Origin: Paraspadella gotoi
Lineage: Eukaryota > Animalia > Chaetognatha
DNA length: 64,000 bases
Assembly (NCBI GenBank): GCA_051294375.1
Contig: CM119263.1
Location: 23,969,964 to 24,033,963, forward strand
Direction: 5' to 3'
The translations under genes were made by a program, and so were the position numbers. The number at the start of each line of letters is the position of its first letter. The stretch's first letter is position 1. The notes under the pieces are model-generated. The model was not told where the DNA came from, made no database searches, and saw nothing but the letters and a program-made list of their open reading frames with translations. Below, piece by piece: positions 40,011 to 53,289 of the stretch.

Positions 40011-41199
40011 TATCCAGACCATGATTTGCTTGTTGGAAGACGTTACGACCACCTTAAGTAGTATGTTATTATTTTAGAATAGTAAAAATATAATATATTT
40101 GTAGTATATATTCTCATAAAACTAATAAAGTTTTAAAAATAATTTTTTTAAAACTTTTATTAAGATTCAGAATACTAATAGATATATACACATATGTTAT
40201 ACCAAAAATCTGACTCATCTTCAACGTTATAAATGAATATACCTATAATAATATAACATAACAAAATCTGGTCTTAAAAATAAAATTATTTTTGCAATTA
40301 ACGATTTTGTAAGGAAACACATCAAATAATTGAATTTACATACTGTATGCGAAAAGATTTAAAAAAAATTAAAATTCATTAATTACATGTAAAGCCAGCA
40401 AAAAATAATGTTCAACTCATGTAATCTTCATCGCTTCCACCTACTAGTAAAGTCCTTCACCCTGGGCTAAAATTACTTTTTTACTCCATGCCAATTGCCA
40501 TTATTCACTCTCTTGTCCGCCTTTACAATTTGCTCCCTTTTTCCTGGTAATAACAACGAAGTTTCTCATGTCCAAAAGTGAAAGGCATCCCAGTTTGATC
40601 CAGTTTGATCTTTGTCCACTCGACAAAACAGAGGTGAATGCCTGTAAAAAAACAATTTAACAAACGAGCGTCTTACATTGTATTTTACAAGATAGAAAAA
40701 TATTCGTAAATGAAACTTTTTTACATTCATTTTACTTTATCGCTTTTTATGGTCATTTCGATGGCGATTGGCGATTAAGAAGGGAAAAGGGAAAATTCAT
40801 TTCCTGTCACCCCTGTTCTTTGGTTTTTGGTTCGACATCCGTTTTTCCCGATTTGATTCCGGTGTTTGGTGCCATGGTGAACGCGTCGGTTGCCTTTGAT
40901 GGCTTTCAGCGCTCAACCGAAACGTAAAATCGAGAAAACAATTTTTTTGTTGAAGAAGAAGACGGAGAGAGAGAGAAACAGAAGAGAGAGAAGAGAGCAG
41001 AGAGAATGTATGTATTGAATGTTGAATGTATAAACAGATACGCCTTGGGCACGCCTAATCGCCCTATAATCAGCCTTTTAAGTAAGTACAGTTTTAAATT
41101 ACGATGTTAAAATAAATTCAAAGATGAAAATATTTTCATAAACAAAAAAACGATAACTTTTTCAAAACAACAACGATAAATTGGTAATAGATCAAAAAA

Positions 41200-42967
41200 A
41201 TGTAAAAGTTAAAAGAAATGGAGGCAAACACCAAAAACTCTAACAGCATTGTTTCTGACTCTTATCTTCTCGTAGCAAAATGTGATGTGGAGAGTGAGAT
41301 TTGGCGGATTTTTTAGATCGAGTTCCTCTAATTGTTGAAGAGAAGAATTGTTTTTCACAATATCCTTAATTGCTCTTTTTCCTTTTGAAATTAATTAAGA
41401 TCTTTCAAAAGTATGTTATATTTATCCTGCAGGCGTCATAGACATTTTCTGATGTGTGGAATGGAAGCGTAAAAAGGTTCTGAGAGCACGCAAAATTGGA
41501 GCTTTTCAAACTTTTGACCATTGATAGTCTGGAACATGGTGAGCAGACAATGCTCGAAGTAGTCAAATATTGAAAGAAAAGACACTAACTTTGTAAACCT
41601 GAAACAGGTTTGGAAAATTGTTTGCTTTTTTTTTTTTGAACAGTTTATGAATTGCAAAATTTTGTTTAGCTTGTCCACAAGCTGGTCGATAAACTGTCCA
41701 CATAGTTTCTCATCCAGAGCATGTCCTAGTAAGTAAACTTTACTAGTGACTATTTTTCACTCTTTAAGTAGATCAAGATTCCTCTTTTTTGGTGCTTGGG
41801 CATCTGCTAAATATTTGCGACCCGCTTTGCCCCGGAGAAGCTGGAGTTGCCATGTTTGCACCACGTAATAATTTTAGAAAAACAGCTGTAGTTTACTTTG
41901 AGCTTCTTTTATTGTTCCTTTTGCCCAAAACATGAGGTATCATCTGCCAATATTTGGCACCCTTGCTGAAATTACCGGTTGCGTTGGTAAGTCATCTGAC
42001 ATAGATTAAAGAGTTACGGGCTTATTATGCCGCCTGTGTGCTCCTTTCCTCAAAATTACGTCTTTGAAACGAGATCCCCTCAGTGACATTCATTCTCGGT
42101 TGTTAGATATGACATAGACGATCTCAACAGATTTCGGGATACCCAGCTTTGAACATTTTAGTAATAAGGCCGTCCGCTCCACATTGAAATTTGATGCAAA
42201 CTGGAAAAATCTAGGGCTACAGCAGTACACTTCTTTTCTCTGAGCTGAGTAATATCTCAACAAGTCTGACCCACGTTTTCTGAGCACACCCACCCCCTCT
42301 TCTTTAATATAGGCAAATTGAAGTGGGTCCATGCGATTGCAAGTATTTAGTTGATTAACGAAACTCAATTTTTATACATATTTCTGGATTTTTCCCCAAT
42401 CACGAAATAAACTTATTGGTCGATAATTTTTTTCTTACATCTGTTGATCCTTCGCCCCGCTTATGAAGCATTCTTAGATTTGAAAATGCTTCCATGCCTT
42501 GGAAGTCACTTTCATTAAACATTCTTTTCATGATCTCAACCAAAGTAAGAATGAATTCCTAAATTGGAAACTTTTCAACATGACTGGTGTGATGCCAATC
42601 TTTCCTGGAGCAAATCGATTTTTAAATTTTTTATGAAGCCTACTTAACGGTTCAAATATGCGAAGATTTTTTCTAACTCAGATGGATTGTTATTAACTAG
42701 GTTTCGAGTATGTTTTAATTTTCATTCTGGAAATGATACTCAATCAAAGATCCATTGATTTTAGTATTTGCGGTTTGGGAAGAAATGACACTTTCCATTC
42801 TTCTGCTATGAGATCGAGTTTTTCTTTTGTTTTGGTGATAAGACCCATCTTCCTTTTCTAACATACAATCAGCTTGCTTACATTCCTCTTTTATAATCCA
42901 ATAAGTTTTGTTATCATTTTTCCACTTTTTCCTGTCTCTTTTCTATTCAATTTTTTTCACTATTATT
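41200..42967 (-). mobile_element. Degenerate non-LTR retrotransposon (LINE) ORF2 reverse transcriptase fragment, cut by a gap
   Basis: Minus-strand motifs in canonical order: APGKDG-like (~42600), NYRPISL (~42420), MDPLQFAY (~42320), LGIP, KGA-QGGIISP-like (~42030), KY-ADDT (~41945), LLG..LDEKL..FIDQLVDKLNK (~41700). The 3' end is approximate. Confidence 0.85.
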
Positions 42968-42992
42968 NNNNNNNNNNNNNNNNNNNNNNNNN

Positions 42993-44662
42993 GCTAAACG
43001 GAAAAAGTCTTGGGAGAATTTTCTGACTTTTCGGACCCGAGGCTAATTTATCCGATTCCTAATGTCTCGACTGAAGAGGAAAGGTTGGGCGGAAAGAGAG
43101 GGGGGGGCGTTCAATCGGTTGAGAAAAGAGAGGAGATATCGAAGGTAAGGGAAAAAATTAGATCTGTAAGTAAGTATAAGTAAGGCTAAGGTCGCTGCGA
43201 CATTACCGTCCCGAAAGTCGACAATTTTCTTTAAAAAACTTGAAATAAAAAAAATTGAATTACAAAACCAACGGATATCGTTGGAAAATTATATTTTTGC
43301 AGGAAATAAAAAAAAAAACAGAAAAAATAAATAAAAAACCGGAAGTCGGATTTAATTCGCAGACTTATGTAAGATTAATGTGTAGAGTTTTTCTACTTTG
43401 GAATAACACTTTTAGCAATTTTTTTTTTTTATTTGCAAGAAATTAAAACGAAGAAACAAGAAATCCGCGAGAAATTCCGCTCTTTCACTTTTATCCCGTA
43501 GCCGCCGATTAGCGAATCTGCGACAAACCGGCTACAAAACGAAACGCCTGTTTGCGCAAGAATTGGTTGCCAATGAGGGAAACAGGGGGGGTGACGAACG
43601 ACGACGACGAACAATGGACGACCGACGGACGATCGCGTCCGAAGAAGTAACGAAACCCTAATGCAAAATTCTTTTGGTCAACATTTTCATAAATCGATGA
43701 AAATATTCAAAATGAATTTCAGGGAGGAAAAGGGAGGAAGGGAGAGAGGGAGGAGGGGGAGGAAGAGGAAAGGGTAGGAAGATGTAGAGGAAAGGAGAAT
43801 GAGGAAAGGGATAAAATGAAAATGAAAGGAAAGGAGACGAGCATGCGGGCGAAGCTTCTCAACCGGTCTGTCAGCTCGATTCATGGGATTTCCCCCCAAG
43901 GGAAAAAAAGTTTTGGGGGGAGTTGGTTTCAATTTTTCAATTTCACCATCCCTGGCATCTCTCTCTCTCTCTCTCTCCTCTCTCTCTTCGTCGAGTCTCT
44001 CCTCTCTCTCTTCATCTCTCTCTTCTCTCTCTCTATCTCTCTACTCTCTCTCCGCTTTACTCTCTCCTCTCCTGCCACCCACCTGTCCTTCAATCTTCCA
44101 TCTCCTGGACTCTTCCTGGTGTCGAATTCACTACTTGTATTTCGGCCTGCAGCCAGCAGACGAAAAGATTAAAACAGCTTTTTAAAGTTAGATTAAAGGC
44201 TCAGGACACCTGTCAAGGGATCTTCCTCAAGAGTCCTTTCACCAATTAGTCAGGCAACACAAGCTCTGTAGCTACGAAAGATGTTAATTTTTTTTTTTTC
44301 CGAAGGAGTCTTGTCGAGGATTATTTTTATTTCTCGCGGACGAAGAAGGACGAAGAACGAACGAGATAGTAGAGCGAGAGGCCGGCACAGTCATTGAACT
44401 TAAACATGCGTTTTAACACTCTGGGGGGACGGTCTTAAGCGCTGTTTAAAATTTTCTATACAACACTCGACGAGGAGTGGGATCTTAATTGATAATTTGA
44501 AGAAAAAATTCATTCAAAGCGTAAGTGTAATCACGAACGTAATAAGATCTCGTCGTTCCGAGAGTTAATGTTTTCATACTTTTATTCTCTCTCGTCTCCT
44601 CTCTCCTCCCTCCTTTCTCTCTCCGTCTCTCTCTTCTCTCTCTCTCTCCGCTCTCTCTCTTT

Positions 44663-44701
<39 letters not shown>

Positions 44702-46014
44702 TTCTCTTTTTCTTTTCTCCTCCTCTCCCTCTTCTCCCTCTTCCCCCTTACTAGTCCCAAGTGACATCTAACTTTTCTCCCAGCGCTATTTCCCCCCTAA
44801 CGATCCTGGCTAATTGTCCATTTTTACGACCTCAAATCGCCCATCGTGACGTATTCCGTCCATTTTATCATACCATCCGAACCCTTCTCCTCGCGGCCCA
44901 TTAACGGCCATTTTTCTAATGGCCTTCCCCTTTTCCCTCCCCCCTTTATCGCCAGAGGGCGTCGGCCTCAATCGAGAGATCCGCCCCCCTCCACCCCTTT
45001 TCCTCTCTTTCGGCGTCATTCATGCAGTTCCGGTCCATGTTTCACATTTCGGAGCGCGGCAGGCGCACATCGACCGGAGTCCATCGAAACACCTGAAATA
45101 ATCACGTGGATCTAGAATCGGAAGAGGACTTGCGCTCCGCCCCAGCTTGCCGTGTCTAATTTCGGCAGATATTAGAGTCTGAAAAATGATAATCCTTCAA
45201 TTTGTAAAAGGACACAGCTACGGTGCTTATGAGATGTTCACAAGTGCATCGATTCCGTAAGCGATATTAGCAACATCTGCGTAATTAATTGACACCTTTT
45301 TCTTCTTTATTTTTAATACGGAGTCTATAAAGAAATTTTTGCTTTGGCAAGAATAAGTAAAACTGCAAGAGAACGGAGCGTTTTGCCAGCAACCGCCCCG
45401 CCACAACGTTCAGCCTCTTTCCGTCGCGGACTTGAAGAAACAAAAGACAATCCAAAACTATATGGTGTCTCAAGTAAGAAGCGGAGGAACGTGTCATCCG
45501 GCAGCAAGATCGATGGGCACGCGGAATCGCACGCAAAATATGGTGGCCGGAAGAAGATCGAAGAGACTCGCGGATCGGAAATCGAAGGAGAATATAAATT
45601 TACTACGACTCCCGAGAGCGATAACGACGACGACGACGACGACGGACGACAGAACGTCGTAAGCTCGAAGAAAATTAAAGAAATTCAATTTCGCTATCGA
45701 AAGCACCAAGACAGCGAAATGAAAACAATGACAACAACGAGCATAAAGACGACGAACGACGAGACGATAAGGAGGACGACGATGGAATGAAGACAAGTGA
45801 CGAAACGTTTTCCGCTTTTAATCTCTCGACGCTTCATCGTGAGAGTTCGTCACCGGAGATCCGTGAACGTCTGTCGACGGTGAACGCTTTCTTGTGGAAT
45901 CTCCGTCACCGGTCGCTAGAGATGGCTTGTTTCCTGTTCTGTGTCACCTTCGCTGCGAAGCTGTGAAGTTTGGTTCACGATTTTCACTCTAACTTGATGG
46001 TGACTGAAGATAGT

Positions 46015-46049
<35 letters not shown>

Positions 46050-49000
46050 AGAGAGAGGAGAGAGAGAGAAGAGAAGAGAAGAGAGAGAAGAGAGAGAGAG
46101 AGAAGATATTGCTCATTCGCCACCGACGGTATTTACCTGAAAGGGCGCGCGAGAGTCGAGGGGACGGAACTTCGAAATGAATAACGAAAACTCGCGAATA
46201 CTCGAGGATCGAGAAGGAAAATGGGGTCATTAAACGGATAAAGGGACGGACACACATGGACGGACTCCGTTAAATGAAGTAATTGAATGGAATAGAGGAG
46301 CGAGGAGTTGGGACCGGGATCGAGGAGCCTCATCGTTAAGTGTAAGAAAAGTTATGATAGTAATATTGGATTTATATTGGAAACGAAAGAACCTAAGATA
46401 ATAAAGAATTATTCAAGACTTCATCGGTTCGTAAGAATTTTTCGAGAAGAAAAGTGGAGATTGATTGAAAACGACCACTTGTCATATTTTTGATCGGACA
46501 TGGCTTAATGCGAGATTTATATTGGAATCAGAGACGAAATGAAAGAAATCTGAAATAAAGAATTAAGAGGCAACAGAACGAGGAAAGATGGCGAAAGATA
46601 AAGAATATGCAAAACAGATGTTTTGAGTTGTACGGGCGCATCGAGGACATCTTTTCCCTCTGCCGCTTTTTGTTTGTTCCTTTTTTTTTTTGCTTTTCCC
46701 TCTTCCTCCTTTCCCTCTTCCTCTTCCTTTTTCTTCTTTCTTCTTTCATTCTCCTCCTTTGACCGCCGTCTCTACATTTTCCTTTCACTCCTCCTCGTTA
46801 CCCTCTTTTGTTTCCCTGCTCTTTCTTTTCCTCCGTCGCGCTTTCATCGAATTTTCGTCGACATCTTCGGCCGCGCGCCGTTGTTCATTTGTTTTCCATT
46901 ACGCGTCGAGCGCCGTGCTTTCATTTGTTTTCTCGTTACAACAACTTCAAATCGGCGACGGTCCACCGACGCTCGTTTGTCAACGGAGAGAAGGCGACGA
47001 GGTCTTGAGGAGGAAGATGAGGAGGAAAAGGAGGAAGGAGGAAGAGGAAGATAGGATGGCTAGGGTCAGAAATGAAGAGTCTTTCGAAAGAGAGAAAAGA
47101 AAAAAAAACGCGAGTCTTGGTCAAACCACTGGTGGAAAAGGATCAAACACTGAAGATGGGAGAAAATTGCAGGAGCGGGAAAACTAAAAGGAAATAAGAG
47201 AAAGTTTGATGCACCGAACAACAAACGAACAGCAACAGAAAGCATTTGATTATCATAAACAAAAACAAATATGTCATTGATGAAATCTTTTAAAATGACA
47301 AAATTCCTAGGTTTATTGAAATGCAAAATAAACATGCGCATGATTCATATTCCAAATTTTCAAATTAATTCGAATAACGATTTTTTTTCTTGGGAGAAAA
47401 ACTTGATGATAATAAGAAGAAAGATCTGAATGTAAAAAGGTCGAGGCACTCGCAAATAAAATGAAAATAAAATAAACGAATAAAAAAAGTTTGTTTTTCG
47501 TTAAAAAAGGTGGACCACAGACCTCCATACACTCACTTACCCCCGTCAGATCAACTCTCCGCCAGACTTGGAGATTGGACAAACGACTTGCAAAGAGTAA
47601 AAATTTCTGTCTCTCTCCTCTCATCTCTCAACTCTCTCTCTCACCTCTCTCTCTATATATCTCTCCTCTCTCCTCTCTCTACTTCATCATCTCTCTCTCC
47701 TCTCTCTCCTCTCTCTCTTCCTCCTTCTCTCTCTCTCTCTTTATTCGCGGCCTCGCTGTTAGTTTCTGTCAGGGAAAAAAACAAACTTCTTCAAGATAGA
47801 ACAAGAAAGAAGAAAAAAAAGAATGAAGTAGAAAAGAAAATGAAGATAAAAGAAAGAAAAATATTTTTCTTCCTTTGCCATCTTTTTCGACAAAAAAAAG
47901 CGTTTACTTTTGCGTATTTTTTTTAATTCTACACCCTGGAAGTAAATACACTTCCTCTCTGTTAGGCAATTTTAGAAATAAAAAATAAAATTTTAAATTC
48001 CTTTTTCAAATTTTTCAATTTTTTTATAATAAATAATAATAATCATTTTTTTTTAAAACTAAAAATTCAAAAAATATTATAATATTTTTCTATTTTTTCT
48101 TTCTTGCGCATTTTCGTCAAGCTGGCAATCTCAACCAACGTCAATTTCGTGCTTCTTCGTCGTCGTAATCCTCGCGAAATAATTTCATGATATTTCGACG
48201 CTTCGCTGGTTTTGTTTAAAGTCGAGAATTTCTTTCTCCTGACGGCGATGGAAAAAACAGCGTAGCGCTAAATTTGAGAAAAGCCAAAAACATCCTTTTG
48301 GAAGCGAAAAAAATATTCATTTCCTATTCTAATATGTTTATTTATTTTTGTAAAAATCAGGACCGATGCTTCTTTTTTTTTTTGTAAAATTTAAAAGCAA
48401 CATTGTAACGAACTCCTATCAAATAAAATACCTTTTTCTTTTCTTTTGCTTTCTATTTAGTAATCTTTTTTAAGTTTTTTGTCCATGATAAAAAAGGTGG
48501 TTACCATCCTTAGTTTGGCTACTATTATATATATGAAATTGGTACAACCAATATAAAAAATATGCCATTCATTTAATAAATAAGCTAATCTTGCCCCTGA
48601 CTTTTGGACAGGCCCTGGGGCCTAAAGCTTCCATCACTCTTACAAGATAATGACATATATATACTACTACAAATACTATGACGACATGAGAGAAAAAATC
48701 AAAACTTGATATTATTTTTTAGTATTGTTCCAACCAAATTCATTTAAGATTTTCTTTCCATCTGCGTGTTCTAGTTATTCGAATCGGCGTAATTCTGATT
48801 TTCTTTTCATTTTTTCTTTCTATCTTATCTTCTTTCTCATTCTCCTTACCTCTACTCTTCTCTCTTTTTCTCTTTCAGTTTCATTGTTTCGCCTTCATAT
48901 GCCGTTCGACAACAGCCTTCCCTTCCATCCTCGCTCTCCGCTCTCCTCTCGTCTTTCCCTCTCCCTCTCCTCTTTCGGAATTCTCAGGTGCCAAAGATGT

Positions 49001-52000
49001 TGGAAAAAAACAACTCCCCTTTCTCGTTCGCCTCTTTTATTTCGCCTCGGTAAAAAAAGAAAAAATAGAAAAAAGTTTTATTTCTTCTCAATTCCGAACG
49101 ATAAAACGAGGACCCAACGAGGGCTCATCGAATCCCCTTAAAAGGGCCGGGTCTCGGACTCGACTCGCGCCAAATGCGCGTTCCGGGCCAAAAAAGGCCA
49201 CGGCCATAAAAAAAAACCCGGGGAACGTTTAGAGAAAAAGAGAGAGAGAGAGGGAGAGAGAAAGAGAGAGAGAGAGAGGGATGAGAGAGAAATGGACATA
49301 AGGCGTGCCAGGGGTCTTTTCAAATGACAGCGATCCGTCCGAATGATCTCAAGGTTGAGGCGAAGGAATTGGCTCACCGCCAATCGAAATCAAAGAGAGG
49401 GCTGTTGAACGTTTCCAGGCGTTTAAAAAGAAATATCAACTCAGATAGGTAAGCAGTTTATCATGAGAGAGGAATATAGGTGTTTCTATATTGCAGTGGG
49501 CAGCAATCTTAAAGTCTTGAACAATGTTGACATGCTCTAACGTAGTAAGAAATAACAATTCAATAGATAATAAACCCCTATTTGGTTATATTATTTGATT
49601 TTGCATATGCAACTATAAATGTGGTTGCGGTCATTTCCCAAGCTCTTTGATGACGACATTAAGGTTTGATTCTCTATCAAAATAAGGTAGATAAGCGAAT
49701 TTGGGAAAAGGTCTGTCCAAAAAGCCGAAACCTCTGCGTTAAAGAGACCGTAGAGGGTTTAAGGAATGTGGTTTCTTTAAGAATACTACATGTAATGAAA
49801 TATGACATTGTATGTAATGTATAAATGTTTAATTGTAAACGCTAAGTATTGGTAGATTTATTCCACAGCCCTCGTGTCGTGTAGAGACTTTAAGGTCAAA
49901 ACTCCAGTCAAAAAAAAAAAAAAAAAAAGAGCGAATGATTTATGTGTGTACGCATTTTTTTTTCTTGGTCCGAAAATAACCCCATTTATTGGATTTATGG
50001 GTTCGAGTTTTACGAAAGCCGTCGATCCCTTTTTTTTCCTCAGACCATTAACTGCGACGCGGTTTTTCGTCGAAAGAAACGAAGAAACAGACCCTCTCGT
50101 GATCGGAATCAACGTGACAAAAACATAAACAGGTGCGACGCGCGGACGAAAGACTATTATATTTCGATGTATCGTAAACTTATCAGAGTTTGGTTGCAGA
50201 GAAATTATTTTTCCACTCAAAAGTTTAAATAAAAAAAAGGTTTTGATGTGAGTACAAAATTTATTAAAATATCGTCGGGAGCGTTAAAAATTTAATTTTT
50301 ATTTAACCTTATATTCTCAAAAAAGATCTTGCACAAAATTTAATATTTATCGTACATATCACCGATTCTTCAGAAATTTCTGATTAGCGATTCTTCACCC
50401 TTTCTCAACAAATCTTTCTCATCGACTTGTGTGGTGTTTGTGTAGGCCGAGAGTTCAACTTTAAGGTGAAAAACAAGATGAAGTCATCAACTTCTTTTCA
50501 ATTTTTCAACGCGATATATATTTATTTTGTAACATAAAACAGAGGGAGAGCCAAGTCTCTCTTCAAGGCTGCTTTGGAAGTAGAATAATCCCACGATCGG
50601 GATTTATCGTTACGGAGTAAAAGGTCTCATTGCAGACTCAAAGCTTTTGTCAGTGAGGATGAAAGCGCATATTAAAATTCCGGTTCGAAGCCTGTCTCTT
50701 CAGGCCATTATTTCTCACCGGAATCGCCATTACATTCTCTTTGGCGTCATAAAGAAGTCCGTTTTGGTGACGTGGACACTTTGGCAAAGGAGGGAATTTA
50801 ATTATTAGGGCGTCGTCACCCAAAAGATTTAGCGAATCTGAATTCTCGACGCTTCGGGCCTTGTTGCCAGAGACGTCAAATTGGTTGTACATTGCACAAT
50901 GTATATTTTCAAACTTCAACCCTTTAATTCCTCTCTGCTCCTCTTTTCTCTGCTCTCCTTTTCTCTCTCTCATCTTTCCCCTACTTTCACTCTCACCATT
51001 TTCAATTTTCCGCTTCACAACTAATTCTATTCTGTTCACAACTTTAAAGTTGTCCTCAACATTGGACATGTCCTTTCTCAAATCTGTATTGGACTGCCCT
51101 TTGTCTCTCTCTCTCTCTTCTCGTCACGCCTCTCTCTCTCTGCACTGTCTCTTTTATGCACAAATTTGAAACCACATAATTCACAAATCTGTCAACGCTT
51201 GTAAAATCAAAGCCGAACATGTCCGTTTCTAAACTGAAATAAATAAATCGTTGGTCACAAACGAAACCAAACTTAGTCCCTAGAAAAATGGTTTAAATAT
51301 TTTTAAAGCGAAAGCCTTAAGCCGCCTAACCAAATATCAATTAACTTATTTATTGTACCATAAAAATTGCAAGCGATCCTCCTGAATCGTAAGTCGTTCG
51401 TCTCTATCTAAAAATATATTGACAGTCTCCTCTTTCTTTCTGCTGCAACGTTTTTCACGTGTGGATGAAAGAATGCCAATATGGACTTATCCTTCAAATC
51501 CGAAGGAGAAAAAATAGAAGAATAGCAAGAGGAGTTTAACATAAGAACGCACAGGGGTTGAAGAAAATAAGAAAAAAGACAGACTTTGCAGAAAATTTGA
51601 ATAAAAATTACAAAGAGTAGCCAAATAAAGCATAAAGGAAAAAATATTGAAAATTCACTAAAAAAAAGGGCCTTTGATACTGGCTCGGTAATGGGTTAGT
51701 TCTTTGGTCAATAGACATCGGTCAAATTACAGGAGAGCAGGGTTAAACCAGTCACAATGAACCCGAATGTTTGCTACTTTAGTTGGTCGTTTGTTGAAAG
51801 TCCATAAAATGTTTCACAAACTGACCGAAATCCATCAATTATAAACCTGGTTAAAATAATAAGCAAAAAATAAAGCAATTAACGTTCAAAACAAAATGAA
51901 AAATGAAACGAAAAAACAAAAACATGAACAAAGAAAACGGACACAAAAAGGAGATGCTATATTTTTTTATATGTAATAAAATACTAAACGTTATGAATCC

Positions 52001-52984
52001 CCAAAACTGTTTTGGTTATAATTCGGGCAACGATCCTTGAAACAAGTTCTCAGCCTCGATCCGATTTCCAATATCCGAGTTCCGTTGATGCGGAAATGAA
52101 GACAAAATCGGAAGGAGAAATCCTCGCGAAAAATCACTTCCTCCTCTCTAACTCTTTTTTCTTTTTCTATGATTTTTTCTTTCTTTTTTTTAAATCCCAA
52201 ATTGTTTTCTTTTTTTCTTTTCCTCCATCTAATCTTTTCTTTCGAGAAATCTTCAACATGGTTTTTCATTTATTTAAATCCGCTTTTTCCTTTGTTTTTT
52301 TTTTTTTTCGCTTTCTAATCTTCTTATATTCTCTTTTGTTTTTCTTTTGCTTAGTCAGCTTGACACAAATTTTTTGATTTTCTATTGTTAGTCTTATCTT
52401 TATCATTATCTAACTTTCTATTCTTTTGTTTTTTACTTCTCCGGTTTTTAAATTTTCCTTATTATTTTCTTCTGTAACATTGGTAAATTTTGCATTTTTT
52501 AATTATTATTTGAAATATTATTTGATTATTATTATGATAATTATTTGATAGATATTATTTGTGCTGCTGTGTGGCTTTAATAGATCGTATTTAAAAAAAA
52601 ATATATGAATTTTTCTCCTACAATTTCAAGAAAATAAGATATAAACGTTTTAACTGTTCAGATGTCAATAATTAAGATTTTTAGTTTTCGTTGGGTTAAA
52701 ACCGATTCAGGATCCTAACCAAAAAAAAACTTATATATTTCTATCAAATCCGGCTTTGAGCTTGACTGACATGAAAAAGTAAGCAATTCGGCCGCGTCAT
52801 TTAAAGCCACAGTAATTTAATTAAAATTGATTTTCAAAAATAAAAAAGAAATGGTTAAAAAAAGTTATAAAGTTCATTTCTAAAACTGAGAAAAAGATTT
52901 TCGATTTTCGCGCCGTCTTCCTCTCGCCAGCATAACTCTCTTCTTCCATCGAAAAAAAGATTGCCAAAGATATACATCGGAAAG

Positions 52985-53026
<42 letters not shown>

Positions 53027-53264
53027 AACAGAGAGAGATCGTTTCCAATCCATGACTGCCGTCGCTTCATCGTTTATTTTTCCTTTCGTTGACAGAAAAC
53101 TTGATTAGGTCGAGAAGTAAGAGAAAACGGATTAAATGGGGTTGTGGGGGTTCGAACCCCTTGGTTTTCCATCTGTGAATTGTAAGGGGAAAAGAGATTG
53201 GGCTTTGAACGCGGGTCAGCTAAAATCGAGAAGCGATCGCTGACACCGATGGAAGGGATTTTAA
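42993..53264 (+). repeat. Host segment copy C
   Basis: Colinear with 25078-35136; bounded on both sides by 25-N gaps. Confidence 0.92.
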
Positions 53265-53289
53265 NNNNNNNNNNNNNNNNNNNNNNNNN

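Noticed and set aside
43161-43212. ~45-bp insertion unique to copy C, plus divergent patches at ~44420-44485 and ~8340-8560
   Set aside because: No TIR or TSD; resembles low-quality stretches of single raw reads.
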